Shown here: in pieces, positions 26,949 through 37,565 of the stretch
Layout: every line of letters begins with the position of its first letter
Position numbering within the stretch: position 1 is the stretch's first letter
Origin: Ruminococcus sp.
Lineage (GTDB): Bacteria > Bacillota > Clostridia > Oscillospirales > Acutalibacteraceae
Direction: 5' to 3'
DNA length: 64,000 bases
Assembly (NCBI GenBank): GCA_023665555.1
Contig: JAMPDR010000002.1
Coordinates: forward strand, 2,837-66,836
Notes under the pieces: generated by a model
Told to the model about the DNA's origin: nothing
Seen by the model: only the letters and a program-made list of their open reading frames with translations
Database searches by the model: none
Translations under genes and position numbers: made by a program

Positions 26949-27180
26949 TTTTTATAATTCTCCTATTTTACTACTGTTAATTGTATTATATAATTATCGT
27001 TTTGTCAATAAAAGGTGATGTATAAGAAAAAATGTTCAGCAGTTTAACTTGTAAAAAAATACGCTGACACATTCTGTTGCTAATTAATCGTAAATATTGC
27101 CTGTCTATATAATATATAATTTGTAAAGTCGCGATAAATAGGGGGCATTAGAAAACCAATAAATTATCTTTAATATATAA

Positions 27181-28365
27181 TTAAACTTTTTTATTGTTAT
27201 TTATCCTGCTCATCATCAAAACAAGTATTATCGGAAAGACCACCGCAAAAATTAACCCTTTGCTCAAATCGTCACCAAATATGCTTGTTATATATCCCAC
27301 TGCGGCAGGACCTGTTGCACAGCCGAGGTCGCCGAAAAGCGCAAGTAGTGCAAACATTGCTGTACCGCCCTGCGGAATTTGTTTTGTTGCAAGGCTGAAT
27401 GTTCCCGGCCACATAACACCGACCGAAAAGCCGCAAACTCCGCATCCGATGAGTGCAATAAGCGGCGAGGGTGAAAGCGAGGAAAGCAGATAGCTGATTA
27501 TGCAAAGCGAAGCTGAAATAAGCATGAATGTTTTCAGAGAAACTTTTTCACTGAGTTTGGCATACATCACACGCGCAATTCCCATCAAAGCTGCGAACAT
27601 GCAAGGTCCGAGTAGATCTCCCGTTGTTTTTGAAACGTTCAGCGCTGATTCTGCAAAAGCGGATGCCCATTGGCTCATTGCAAGTTCGCATGCACCGGCA
27701 CAGAACATGATCACAGCACAGACAAGGAATATTTTCGTCTTGAACAATTCTTTGATACCTGCGCCTTTGAACTCATCAAGAATTTTTGGAAACGGCACAG
27801 CAAGCAAATAGAACGCATTAATAAACGGAATAATTGCCCACAAAGCTGAAAGTGTGCGCCAGTGTTCAATGCCGATGAAAGTGAAAAACAATGTTGACAG
27901 TGCAACAACGCTCATCTGACCCCAACAGTAAAACGAATGGAGCAGACTCATTGAAGCTGATTTGTTGTCAGTCGGACACGCTTCAACAAGCGGACTTATG
28001 ATAACTTCGATCAGTCCGCTGCCTGTTGCGTAAATTATAATTGAGATGATAACGGCGAAGTACGCGTTCGGCAGAATAAACGGAAGATTTCCAAGGCAGA
28101 CAAGACCTGCCGCGGCAAGAAAATGAGCCGCAACAATGCATTTTCTATAGCCGATTTTATCAATGAAACCAGCTGAACAAAGGTCAATAATCAGCTGAAC
28201 AGCGAAATTTATAATAATTAACAAGGATATTTGTCGATAGGAAAAGCTGAAGCTATGTTGGAAAGTGAGAAATAGAAGCGGTGCGAAATTGTTGATAATC
28301 GCTTGCACAAAGTATCCCGTGTAGCTTGCAAAAATTGTATGTTTAAAATTTGTCCTTATGCTCAT
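27181..28365 (-). CDS. MFS transporter
   Basis: About 12 hydrophobic segments. The likely start is MSIRTNFKHTIFASYTGYF. The longer ORF reaching 28455 would overlap the upstream gene. Confidence 0.7.
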   Translation of the reverse strand: MSIRTNFKHTIFASYTGYFVQAIINNFAPLLFLTFQHSFSFSYRQISLLIIINFAVQLIIDLCSAGFIDKIGYRKCIVAAHFLAAAGLVCLGNLPFILPNAYFAVIISIIIYATGSGLIEVIISPLVEACPTDNKSASMSLLHSFYCWGQMSVVALSTLFFTFIGIEHWRTLSALWAIIPFINAFYLLAVPFPKILDEFKGAGIKELFKTKIFLVCAVIMFCAGACELAMSQWASAFAESALNVSKTTGDLLGPCMFAALMGIARVMYAKLSEKVSLKTFMLISASLCIISYLLSSLSPSPLIALIGCGVCGFSVGVMWPGTFSLATKQIPQGGTAMFALLALFGDLGCATGPAAVGYITSIFGDDLSKGLIFAVVFPIILVLMMSRINNNKKV

Positions 28366-28381
28366 ATGAAATACTGCCTTT

Positions 28382-29155
28382 CTATGACCGGTGATTGCTG
28401 TTTTTGATGGCATCCAAAACTGCCATGCCTTTTTTAGCCTGCGAATATTCATCATGATGATTAATTTTGTATCTTTTGCCGTTCATCACAAAATTTGAGC
28501 CTGTTTGATGAAAATCAAATTCAACGTTGTATTTATCGCATGTTTCTTTTATGTGCTGCACCCAATTGAAATTACATTCACGTGCATTTTTATATGATTC
28601 ACCGCCAACCGATACCATTGATATCTCACCGTTTGCAAGATATGCACTGAAATCTATATCTTCAAGAATCGGTGCGGCGAAAATATATTTTCGTTTAGCT
28701 TTGATGTTTAGCAGAATCGGTAGGCGCTCATCGGCTTTTTTCTGCGTTTCGCAGCTGACGGCAATGCGCACATTGTCATATCCATCACCCCAATCGCTCG
28801 GCAGACATTGCTCAAACCGATTGATACGTTTGGTGCAAATCAAAAAATTAACGTCACTTCTTTGTTTAATGATTTTCCATGCGTCATTTCTCCAGTTGTC
28901 AGCCTCTTCAATAAAAAAGTCAGATGTGAAACATGTTGCAATTTCAGTGCCCGGACGAATCTTAAAATTACCGCTCCTGTCTTTTTTTAGCGGGAGATTG
29001 AAATTAGTCTTGGAACGTGTAACAACAGAAGCATCCTTTTGACGGATGCCGTCAAGATAATAAACATAGCAGTTCTGACATCCCGGACTGCACTTATGAC
29101 AGCCGTGCCACGGATTCCAAAGCATTGTTACACCGCCTTCGATGGAGATTTTCAT
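28382..29155 (-). CDS. DUF5131 / phage Gp37-Gp68 family protein
   Basis: N-terminal WNPWHGCHKCSPGCQNCY motif, typical of the PF07505 family. Confidence 0.7.
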   Translation of the reverse strand: MKISIEGGVTMLWNPWHGCHKCSPGCQNCYVYYLDGIRQKDASVVTRSKTNFNLPLKKDRSGNFKIRPGTEIATCFTSDFFIEEADNWRNDAWKIIKQRSDVNFLICTKRINRFEQCLPSDWGDGYDNVRIAVSCETQKKADERLPILLNIKAKRKYIFAAPILEDIDFSAYLANGEISMVSVGGESYKNARECNFNWVQHIKETCDKYNVEFDFHQTGSNFVMNGKRYKINHHDEYSQAKKGMAVLDAIKNSNHRS

Positions 29156-29328
29156 CCTAACATTGTATCATAAAAACCGAATTTTGTCAGCACGATATAA
29201 AAATATATGGGAGTGTCCAAAACACAAATTAAACTCGCGTTTTGGACACTCCTTAAAATATGCGGGCAGGATTTTTCGTTTCTTATGAATCCTACCCGCA
29301 TATTTAAAAATCAATTATTGTCGGTTTC

Positions 29329-30462
29329 TTAATCTTCTTTATAAGTATAACCTTTTACGGCCGGGAACTGCTCTTTACCGTAACCCATTATGCGCGCAAT
29401 TTGAACGCTTATCTGGCGGTTTTCAACAACTTCTCCATCGGTAAAACCTGCATCGGTTGCCGAAACAAAAACAGGAACATCGGCAGTTGAATGGTTTTCA
29501 GTTGTGTAGTAATATTCGTCCTTATCGGCATCATATTTGATTCCGCCTGTTTCGTGGTCGGCTGTGATAACAACAAGAGTGTCGCCGTCTTTTTCGGCAA
29601 AATCAAGTGCAGCTTTGATTGCTTCGTCAAATGCCATAACATTCATTGTTGCACCGTCAAAGTTGTTCTTATGTGAAAACTTATCAATGCATGCGCCCTC
29701 AATCATGAGAAAGAAGCCGTCCTCGTCAGTGTTGAGCAATTCAATTGCTTTGTTTGTCATATCCGCAAGTGACGGTGAATCAAAATCATTTGTGCAATTT
29801 TTAACAGATTCAACATCGAATTGAGCAAATGAACGGCTGCCCGGTTCAAGCTGTATCATTTCTGTTTTTGTTGTAATGTATGTAAAGCCGTTTTCAGCTG
29901 TGTTCTTTTCGTTGATACTGTCAGATTTACAGCCCCAAATTAAATCAAGGTCGCTTTTAAGCTGATCGCTGCTGATGTCTTTTTCAAACTGACGTGCAAG
30001 CGAATGAGCTGAGAATGAAGCAGGAGTTGCGCCGCTTGTTTTGTCAGTTGTTACCACACCTGCTGCCTTGCCGTTGTTTTTAGCAAGTTCAGTAAGTGAA
30101 ATCGGAACTCTTGTGTCAGCCGGTGCAAACGGATAAAAGGGGAATCTTGCAACCGAGTTATCCCAAATGCGCACACCGCAAGCGAGTGCAGAACCGCCTG
30201 CCGCACTGTCAGTATAATCAAGAATGAATGATCTTGTGTCTGACTTTGCATGAACAGGCATAGTGTCCATGGTGAGAGTTGTGTTATATTTTTGTCTTGT
30301 GACTGCAAGGGTGTTTTCGCCCATTCCGTCACCAATCATAAGGATAACGTTTTTATACTGGCGGTATTCATCACTGACATTGTTGCCGAGTCCGATTGCA
30401 CAATAAAGCGCAAAGAAAACAGCGATTGAAAATGAAACAATTTTTTTGAGTGTCGTTGTCAT
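29329..30462 (-). CDS. Secreted alkaline phosphatase family protein
   Basis: Signal peptide. Motifs MIGDGMGE, DSAAGGSA (active-site Ser context) and VVITADHETGG. Confidence 0.75.
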   Translation of the reverse strand: MTTTLKKIVSFSIAVFFALYCAIGLGNNVSDEYRQYKNVILMIGDGMGENTLAVTRQKYNTTLTMDTMPVHAKSDTRSFILDYTDSAAGGSALACGVRIWDNSVARFPFYPFAPADTRVPISLTELAKNNGKAAGVVTTDKTSGATPASFSAHSLARQFEKDISSDQLKSDLDLIWGCKSDSINEKNTAENGFTYITTKTEMIQLEPGSRSFAQFDVESVKNCTNDFDSPSLADMTNKAIELLNTDEDGFFLMIEGACIDKFSHKNNFDGATMNVMAFDEAIKAALDFAEKDGDTLVVITADHETGGIKYDADKDEYYYTTENHSTADVPVFVSATDAGFTDGEVVENRQISVQIARIMGYGKEQFPAVKGYTYKED

Positions 30463-30703
30463 GATTATTTATTACGATTCAGAATGTATTAGCTGATTTA
30501 GCCGTCTGCTCGCCCTTTCTCACACTTAATATTATACAGAGTTTATGTAAAATTTTCAAGTGGGTGCGGCGGGTTGTGTGGAAAAAGTAAAAATAGTTTC
30601 ACTGTTTTATTTAATTCATCTGATTGACTTTTGTCGATTGTAACTGTACAATAAAATAAAGGAATTCTGAATCAATCAGAACTTACTGAATACGAAGAAA
30701 GGC

Positions 30704-31516
30704 ATGGAGATTATTATGATAAGCGGAAAAACAATTGTGCTGACAGGCTGCAACAGCGGCATTGGTCTTGAGGCGCTGAAACTGTTGGTTAAGGGAGATA
30801 ACCGTATTCTTGCCGTTGATAAGAACATAGATAAAATTGCCGGTTTTACATCGGAAAAAGTGATACCGATGCAAATTGATGTTTCGTCAAAAGAGGCTGT
30901 GGATGAGATTTTCAGCACTGCAATAGACAAACTCGGTTCAATCGATATTTTTTATGCAAATGCAGGCTATCCATATTATGAGGAATTCAACTATGTTGAC
31001 TGGGAAAGAGTTGAAAAGATGTTTGAAACTAACGTTTTTTCGCCGATTTATTCCTATCAAAAATATGCTGAATATCTCAACGGAAGAAACGGAGTTTTTG
31101 CCGTGACAGTGTCTGCAATCGGAAAGATGGCAATGCCCGGATTTACAGTTTACTCAGCGTCAAAGTTTGCCATGGAGGGCTTTCAGCAGGGTCTAAGGCT
31201 TGAACTGCCGAAAAATATTCAGCTTACATGTCTTTATCCTGTTGCGACAAACACTAACTTTTTTAAGGCAGCAAATGAAATTGAATTTAAAAAGCCGTTT
31301 CCTGTTCAGCAGCCTGATGTTGTTGCAAGGAAGATGATTGACGGAATCGAAAAAGGCAAAAAAACAGTTAGTCCGTGCGGACTTTTCGGCTTTGCAACAC
31401 AGCTTATGAAATTTGCGCCGTTTGTCAGAAATATATATTGGGGTCTTGAAAAAAGAAAATTCAATGATTTCAAACTGAGGGCACACCAAATCAATGAAAA
31501 GGAGCTTACAAAATGA
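30704..31516 (+). CDS. SDR family short-chain dehydrogenase/reductase
   Basis: TGCNSGIG nucleotide-binding motif and YSASK catalytic motif. Confidence 0.8.
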   Translation: MEIIMISGKTIVLTGCNSGIGLEALKLLVKGDNRILAVDKNIDKIAGFTSEKVIPMQIDVSSKEAVDEIFSTAIDKLGSIDIFYANAGYPYYEEFNYVDWERVEKMFETNVFSPIYSYQKYAEYLNGRNGVFAVTVSAIGKMAMPGFTVYSASKFAMEGFQQGLRLELPKNIQLTCLYPVATNTNFFKAANEIEFKKPFPVQQPDVVARKMIDGIEKGKKTVSPCGLFGFATQLMKFAPFVRNIYWGLEKRKFNDFKLRAHQINEKELTK

Positions 31517-33576
31517 GCAGTTCAATTTTAGCTGAGCCGATGAAAATCGGTTCATGTGAAATAAAAAACAGAATCGTTATGCCGCCGATGCTTATGGGAT
31601 TCGGTCAGTTTGATGGTACTCCCACAGAAAAAATGATGGACTACTATGAAGAGCGCGCCAAGGGCGGTGCAGGACTCATTATGACGGAAATAACACGTGT
31701 TAACGATCAAACAGGTTCAGCGGCTTTTGCTCAGCTTGCAGTAAGTCACGATTATCACATTGAACCGCTCAGAGAGTTTGCAAAACGCATACATAAGCAT
31801 GGCGCAAAATTTTTTGTTCAGCTGCATCATCCCGGCAGACAGAATGTCGGCCTTTTGGTTGGTACTGTGCCGTTGAGCATAAAAATGGAAAAGCTGACAA
31901 AGGGCGGTTACGGCAAGATTCTTTATAAGTTGACCCCGGCTGTAGGACCGACACTTTTAAAGCATGATATTGTTCCGAGCAGTGTCGCTCCATCAAAATG
32001 TGCTCCTGCATATTTTGCAGGCGGAAGAGTTCGTGAATTGAGATATAAAGAGATAAAGCAGCTTGAAAGACAGTTTATAGACGGAGCAATTCGTGTTCAA
32101 AAGGCAGGTTGCGACGGTGTTGAACTTCATGCTTCTCACGGATATCTTCTTCAGCAATTTATATCACCCGTTACCAATAAAAGAACAGATGAATACGGTG
32201 GTTCGCTTGAAAACAGAATGAGATTCATTCGCAATATTTTGCAGGGAATCAAAGCCGAGTGCGGAAAGGATTTTCCGGTTATCGTTCGCCTTACCGCAGA
32301 TGAATGTTATGCCATGATTGGTGAACCCGGCAAGGGATATGACCTTTCAACCGGTATTGAAATTGCGAAAAAACTTGAGGAATACGGTGCTGACGCAATT
32401 GATGTTTCAAGCGCAGGATATGATACTTTCAACTATTGGCTTGAACCGGTTTCGTTTGAACCCGGTTGGAGAAAATACATGGCGAAAGCAATTAAAGAGA
32501 ATGTTTCAATTCCCGTGCTTGCCGCGAATCTTATCCGTTCACCTGAACAGGCAGAACAACAGATCAATGACGGCATACAGGATTTTGTTTGTCTTGGCAG
32601 ACCGCAGATCGCAGATCCGTATTGGGCGGAAAAAGCAATCAACGGCGGTAATATCAGAAGATGTATATGTTGCCTGAACTGCATTGAATCTATGCAGAAT
32701 AATGCATACATCGGCTCACACGGCGAGTGCAGTGTGAATCCGTTTGTCGGACATGAAAAAGAACAGCTTAAATCTGACGGAAACGGCAGAAAGGTTGTTG
32801 TTATCGGCGCAGGCCCTGCTGGACTGACAGCGGCAAATATTCTTGCACAAAGAAAGTTTGATGTTACCGTATTTGAAAAAAGCGGCAAAATTGGCGGTCA
32901 GCTTGTTCTTGCGTCTGCACCGCCGAAAAAAGATAAAACAGCTTGGTTTATTGAAGATATCAAAAAGGATTGCGATAACAACGGTGTTAAAATAGTACTT
33001 GAAACCGAAGTGACGGAACAGATGATAGCGGATATGAAACCGTACGCAGTGATAGTTGCGGCCGGCAGCAGTCCTGTTAAGCCGAAGTTCAGCGGTGAGT
33101 ATGATGAAAACTCTGTGGTAACAAGCGAAGATATTCTCAGCGGAAGAGTTCAGCTTGAAAATAAAAAAGTTGCCCTTATCGGCTCAGGCATGACCGGTCT
33201 TGAAACAGCGCATCTGCTGACCGAAAACGGCTGTAAGATAACGATTATAGAAATGGCCGACGAACTTGCACCTGGCACATGGATGCAGCATAAAGATGAC
33301 GTGATACCGCAACTTGAAAAAGCAGGAACAAAATTTAAAACGCAGGAAAAGCTTTGCGAAATAGGAAAAGGTTTTGTAAAAACGCAGAACACCAAAACGA
33401 AAAAATTTACCCTTATCAACTGTGACTGCGTAGTTCTCTCTCTCGGTTCAAGGCCGAATAAAAATGTTGCCGAGCAGTTTGCAAAATTTAACCCGATCAT
33501 TATCGGAGATTGTAACAAGGTTGGAAAAATTGCAGATGCAACAAAAGCTGCGTATAATGCTGCAATGAGAATTTAA
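31513..33576 (+). CDS. Old-yellow-enzyme-like NADH:flavin oxidoreductase fused to an FAD/NAD(P)-binding domain (2,4-dienoyl-CoA reductase-like)
   Basis: OYE motifs (MPPM, HASHGYLLQQFISP, a 4-Cys segment CICCLNC) and VVVIGAGPAGLTAA. Start overlaps the SDR stop (ATGA). Confidence 0.8.
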   Translation: MSSSILAEPMKIGSCEIKNRIVMPPMLMGFGQFDGTPTEKMMDYYEERAKGGAGLIMTEITRVNDQTGSAAFAQLAVSHDYHIEPLREFAKRIHKHGAKFFVQLHHPGRQNVGLLVGTVPLSIKMEKLTKGGYGKILYKLTPAVGPTLLKHDIVPSSVAPSKCAPAYFAGGRVRELRYKEIKQLERQFIDGAIRVQKAGCDGVELHASHGYLLQQFISPVTNKRTDEYGGSLENRMRFIRNILQGIKAECGKDFPVIVRLTADECYAMIGEPGKGYDLSTGIEIAKKLEEYGADAIDVSSAGYDTFNYWLEPVSFEPGWRKYMAKAIKENVSIPVLAANLIRSPEQAEQQINDGIQDFVCLGRPQIADPYWAEKAINGGNIRRCICCLNCIESMQNNAYIGSHGECSVNPFVGHEKEQLKSDGNGRKVVVIGAGPAGLTAANILAQRKFDVTVFEKSGKIGGQLVLASAPPKKDKTAWFIEDIKKDCDNNGVKIVLETEVTEQMIADMKPYAVIVAAGSSPVKPKFSGEYDENSVVTSEDILSGRVQLENKKVALIGSGMTGLETAHLLTENGCKITIIEMADELAPGTWMQHKDDVIPQLEKAGTKFKTQEKLCEIGKGFVKTQNTKTKKFTLINCDCVVLSLGSRPNKNVAEQFAKFNPIIIGDCNKVGKIADATKAAYNAAMRI

Positions 33577-33667
33577 ACGTGATTAAATAATGCGTAGTTC
33601 GTAATGCGTAATGCGTAATTGCGAGGAAGATGGTACAATTCGTAAGATTTAGTCCGCAGAATAAGAT

Positions 33668-33702
33668 TGATACGATTTCGTAGGGTCGACCCCATGTGGT
33701 CG
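33668..33702. repeat. REP-like palindromic element
   Basis: GTAGGGTCGACCCCATGTGGTCGACCTGAAC. Same architecture as the elements at 62.6-62.8 kb. Confidence 0.5.
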
Positions 33703-34403
33703 ACCTGAACCTTACCGCTTGTACTATTTTCAAATAAATGACAAATAAAACCAATCTCCCAATAAGACTACAAGTAAAGACAGCCGACAAAGCCCCGACT
33801 GTTTTGAATCTCTATGGTTATTATGGTGAACAGTCTTACCGTAGTCGCACGTATTTCGTCATTATTGTACGGCATCCAAAGGACATGGGATTTAGTACAA
33901 TCTTATCTGTAGCAAATTACGGTGAAAATCGGAACGATTTTTCGCCGTTTTTTGCGTACGTCAGAGTTTCTTTTTGGTTACTTTTTCTGAACGCAGAAAA
34001 AGTAATTGCCCGTCAGTGCAAGCACAGGTAATAAGTAAAAGGTAATAGTGAAGAAGTGCGGTCGCGAATAAGATTGTTACAATATGAAAATTTTCATCCG
34101 CAGAGAAAAGCAAAAATTTAAAATTTTAATCTAGAAAATTAACAGTTACAACATTTTGCGGACTCAAACTTAATAATAGGTATGAATCTTATACGCATAT
34201 TTTTCATTGTCATAAGCAATAAAATCATTTTGCATTTACCCTTGACTATTTTTGTCGGATATATTATTATTACTATTGTATATTTTTGCAAGACACGAAA
34301 CAGTCGCATGATAAGCGCGGCCTGTTTATCACACCTTGTTTGACTGCGTCAAGGTATAATGTGATTAATTGATTTTTGCAGTCGGAAAGGTTATGAAGTT
34401 ATT

Positions 34404-35783
34404 ATGCAGAACACAGAAAAAACAATGGAAAAAATTGTTAACCTTTGCAAAAGCAGAGGCTATGTATATCCCGGCAGTGAAATTTACGGCGGACTTTCAA
34501 ACTCATGGGACTACGGCCCTCTCGGTGTTGAATTCAAGAACAATGTTAAAAGAGCATGGTGGAAAAAGTTTGTTCAGGAAAACCCGTATAATGTAGGTCT
34601 TGACTCTGCAATTCTTATGAATCCGCAGGTTTGGGTTGCAAGCGGACATGTGGTCGGTTTCTCAGATCCTCTTATGGACTGCAAGGAGTGCAAAACCCGT
34701 CACCGTGCGGATAAACTTATTGAAGATACAGGTGTAAACCCGGCAGGTTGGTCATTTGAGGAGATGTCAAATTACATTAAAGAGAATAACATCCCTTGCC
34801 CGGATTGCGGTGCATGCAACTTCACTGATATCCGCAAGTTCAACCTCATGTTTAAGACTTTCCAAGGTGTTACAGAGGATGCAAAAAATGAACTCTATCT
34901 TCGCCCCGAAACAGCACAGGGTATTTTCGTAAACTTCCCGAATATCCAGAGAACCACAAGAAGAAAGGTTCCGTTCGGTGTTTGCCAAATCGGTAAATCT
35001 TTCAGAAACGAAATCACTCCGGGCAACTTCATTTTCCGTATCCGTGAATTTGAACAGATGGAACTTGAATTTTTCTGCAAACCCGGAACAGAACTTGAAT
35101 GGTTTGCCTATTGGAAAGAATATTGCAAGCAGTTCCTTTTGAATCTCGGAATTAAAGAGGAAAATCTTAAGTTGCGTGACCATGAGCAAAAAGAACTTTC
35201 TCACTATTCAAATGCAACAACTGACTTTGAATTCCTCTTCCCGTTTGGTTGGGGTGAACTTTGGGGTGTTGCAAGCAGAACAGATTTTGACCTCACCGCT
35301 CATCAGACAACTTCAGGCAAGAGCCTTGAATATTTTGATCCGACAACTAATGAGAAATATCTTCCCTATGTTGTTGAGCCGTCACTCGGTGCAGACCGTG
35401 CGGCACTTGCATTTCTTGTTGATGCATATGACGAAGAGGTTGTTGACGCTGAAAAGAATGACACAAGAGTTGTTCTAAGACTTCATCCTGCCCTCGCTCC
35501 TTATAAAGCAGCGATTCTTCCGCTTTCGAAGAAACTTAACGATCAGGCAACCGAGGTTTATCACATGCTTCAGAAGAAGTTCAACGTTGAATATGACGAT
35601 GCAGGTTCAATCGGTAAGAGATATCGCCGTCAGGACGAAATCGGTACACCGTTCTGCATCACATATGACTTTGACAGCGTTGAGGATGGTTGTGTAACAG
35701 TTCGCGACCGTGACACAATGGAACAGATTCGTATGCCGATTGACAAACTTGCGGCTTATATTGAAGAAAAGCTGGAGTTTTAA
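34404..35783 (+). CDS. glyQS: Glycine--tRNA ligase (single-chain alpha2 type)
   Basis: [37 protein letters not shown]-terminus and class II aminoacyl-tRNA synthetase motifs. About 459 aa. Confidence 0.9.
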   Translation: MQNTEKTMEKIVNLCKSRGYVYPGSEIYGGLSNSWDYGPLGVEFKNNVKRAWWKKFVQENPYNVGLDSAILMNPQVWVASGHVVGFSDPLMDCKECKTRHRADKLIEDTGVNPAGWSFEEMSNYIKENNIPCPDCGACNFTDIRKFNLMFKTFQGVTEDAKNELYLRPETAQGIFVNFPNIQRTTRRKVPFGVCQIGKSFRNEITPGNFIFRIREFEQMELEFFCKPGTELEWFAYWKEYCKQFLLNLGIKEENLKLRDHEQKELSHYSNATTDFEFLFPFGWGELWGVASRTDFDLTAHQTTSGKSLEYFDPTTNEKYLPYVVEPSLGADRAALAFLVDAYDEEVVDAEKNDTRVVLRLHPALAPYKAAILPLSKKLNDQATEVYHMLQKKFNVEYDDAGSIGKRYRRQDEIGTPFCITYDFDSVEDGCVTVRDRDTMEQIRMPIDKLAAYIEEKLEF

Positions 35784-35797
35784 ATAAAAATATAAGT

Positions 35798-35842
35798 AAC
35801 ACCTGCGCGCTCAGATCAATGAAGCGTGCAGGTGTTATTTCA
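35798..35842 (+). terminator. Rho-independent terminator after glyQS
   Basis: AACACCTGCGCGC...GCGTGCAGGTGTT hairpin followed by ATTTCAT. Confidence 0.55.
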
Positions 35843-35899
35843 TGACTAAAGATACAAAAAAGAATGTTCATAACTCGAATCCGTTATGAACACTCGATA

Positions 35900-35984
35900 T
35901 GGTGCGAGAGACGGGACTTGAACCCGTACGAGTCGCCCCACACGCCCCTCAAACGTGCGCGTCTGCCGATTCCGCCACTCTCGC
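35900..35984 (-). tRNA. tRNA-Leu (anticodon GAG), CCA encoded
   Basis: Reverse complement folds as acceptor GCGAGAG/CTCTCGC. Anticodon stem CACGT/GCGTG, loop TTGAGGG. Long variable arm. T-arm GGGTTCAAGTCCC. Confidence 0.85.
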
Positions 35985-36207
35985 ATATTTAACTTGTTCT
36001 CACAAGTGCTTATATACTATATCACTATTTTCGTTTGTTGTCAATAGTTTTTTGAAGTTTTTTCCAGTTTTTTCCACCTTATTTTGCGCCGCAGTAGACA
36101 AAGAAAAGAGATTACGAAAAACAAGAAATGGTATGGTGTATTTGCAACGAAAAGACGACAAATGCTGAAATCGTAGCAGTTCTCTGCCGAAATCCGTTGC
36201 TATTTGG

Positions 36208-36225
36208 CACATAATGTGGTATAAT
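36208..36225 (+). promoter_or_regulatory. Candidate C-box operator overlapping an extended -10 promoter upstream of the C gene
   Basis: 11-bp palindrome CACATAATGTG immediately followed by TGGTATAAT (TGnTATAAT). Confidence 0.45.
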
Positions 36226-36277
36226 GCGGATTAGTGATATAATGTACTTATTATAACTATTTATGAGGTATAATAAA

Positions 36278-36496
36278 ATGGCCGCAAGCTATAAAAAATT
36301 GTTCAAGCTTCTGATCGACCGTGACATGAAAAAGAAAGAACTCGCCGAAAAAGCTGGTATCAGTATTGCTACCATTACTAAAATGGGCAAGGACGGCGCC
36401 GCTGTCAGCAGTGATATTTTTGTAAAAATATGTACAGCGCTCGGATGCGCAATGGACGATATTGTGGAAATCATACCCGAGAAGGAGGAAAACTGA
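36278..36496 (+). CDS. HTH (XRE/Cro-type) controller protein of the R-M system
   Basis: MAASYKKLFKLLIDRDMKKKELAEKAGISIATITKMGKDG is an HTH domain. GAGG ribosome-binding site 9 nt upstream. Located directly upstream of the MTase. Confidence 0.7.
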   Translation: MAASYKKLFKLLIDRDMKKKELAEKAGISIATITKMGKDGAAVSSDIFVKICTALGCAMDDIVEIIPEKEEN

Positions 36497-36497
36497 A

Positions 36498-37565
36498 ATG
36501 AAAACATTTAAGTTAGGCGAATTGTTCTGCGGTCCCGGTGGAATTGCGTGTGGTGCACTGCGGGCAAAAAGCGATGATGGTTCCTTCACCATTGAGCATG
36601 CTTGGGCGAATGATTATGATGCAGACACATGTGAAACATATCGCAAGAACATCTGCCCCGAATCGCCCGAAACAGTACATTGTGGCGATGTGCGTGAATT
36701 AGATATTCAGAAGCTTGGAAAAATCACGGCCTTCTGCTATGGGTTTCCGTGCAACAGCTTCTCTAATGTTGGTAAACACCAAGGTTTTGAAAACGAGAAG
36801 TTTGGGCAACTCTACTGGTACGGTATCGAAGTGCTTAAAACATATCGCCCAAAGTGGTTTGTTGCAGAAAATGTATCAGGAATACGTTCTGCTGGTTCAG
36901 GTGATTTTGAAATAATCCTAAACGATATGCGAGCGGCTGGTTATAAATTGAACGTTCACCTATACAAAGCGGAAGAATATGGTGTTCCGCAAACAAGACA
37001 TAGAGTAATCATTGTTGGAATTCACGAGGATGAATCTGTGAAATACAGAGTTCCCGATCCTGCGGTGTATGCTAAGTGCGATGTAACCGCGAGAACCGCG
37101 TTGGCTAACATTCCTGATAATGCTCCCAACAATGAAGTAAGAAAACTCGCTGATAAGGTTGTTAGAAGACTGTCATATATTAAGCCCGGTGAAAATGTAT
37201 GGCAAGCAGAAGAAAGACTCGGTGAAGATTTCCCAGGCGAATTAAAAATCCATACAAAAACCAAGATCAGTCAAATCTATCGTAAACTTGATCCCGACAA
37301 GCCAGCCTATACTGTAACAGCAGCGGGTGGCGGTGGTACATTTATGTATCATTGGACAGATCGAGAACTGACAAACAGAGAAAGAGCTAGAATACAAACC
37401 TTCCCCGATTACTATGAGTTTGTAGGCAACTATAGCAGTGTGAGAAAACAGATCGGCATGGCTGTACCGTGCAAATTATCTGAAATCGTCATAACTGCTG
37501 TATTGAACGTCTTTGCAGGAATTGATTATCCTTGGATTAAAGCCAACTTGGAGGAAGATGAATGA
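36498..37565 (+). CDS. DNA (cytosine-5)-methyltransferase 1
   Basis: Motif I FCGPGG, motif IV GFPCNSFS, motif VI FVAENV, motif X RKQIGMAVP. GGAGG ribosome-binding site. Confidence 0.85.
   Translation: MKTFKLGELFCGPGGIACGALRAKSDDGSFTIEHAWANDYDADTCETYRKNICPESPETVHCGDVRELDIQKLGKITAFCYGFPCNSFSNVGKHQGFENEKFGQLYWYGIEVLKTYRPKWFVAENVSGIRSAGSGDFEIILNDMRAAGYKLNVHLYKAEEYGVPQTRHRVIIVGIHEDESVKYRVPDPAVYAKCDVTARTALANIPDNAPNNEVRKLADKVVRRLSYIKPGENVWQAEERLGEDFPGELKIHTKTKISQIYRKLDPDKPAYTVTAAGGGGTFMYHWTDRELTNRERARIQTFPDYYEFVGNYSSVRKQIGMAVPCKLSEIVITAVLNVFAGIDYPWIKANLEEDE

Noticed and set aside
28366-28455. N-terminal 30-codon extension of the MFS transporter
   Set aside because: It would overlap the upstream DUF5131 gene by 74 nt. 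The conserved MFS N-terminus begins at the internal Met.
33738-34031. 97-aa ORF in the 830-bp intergenic region upstream of glyQS
   Set aside because: No ribosome-binding site, low-complexity translation, and overlap with a REP-like element and a promoter-like region. It is probably non-coding.
34100-34403. T-box riboswitch expected upstream of glyQS
   Set aside because: I could not find a T-box consensus (AATTAGGGTGGNACCGCG) or a specifier-loop architecture by eye. Only a TTGACT-17-TATTAT promoter and a TTGAC...GTCAA palindrome are visible. Left unannotated.
35899-36168. 89-aa plus-strand ORF
   Set aside because: It overlaps tRNA-Leu on the opposite strand and an AT-rich spacer. It is an artefact.
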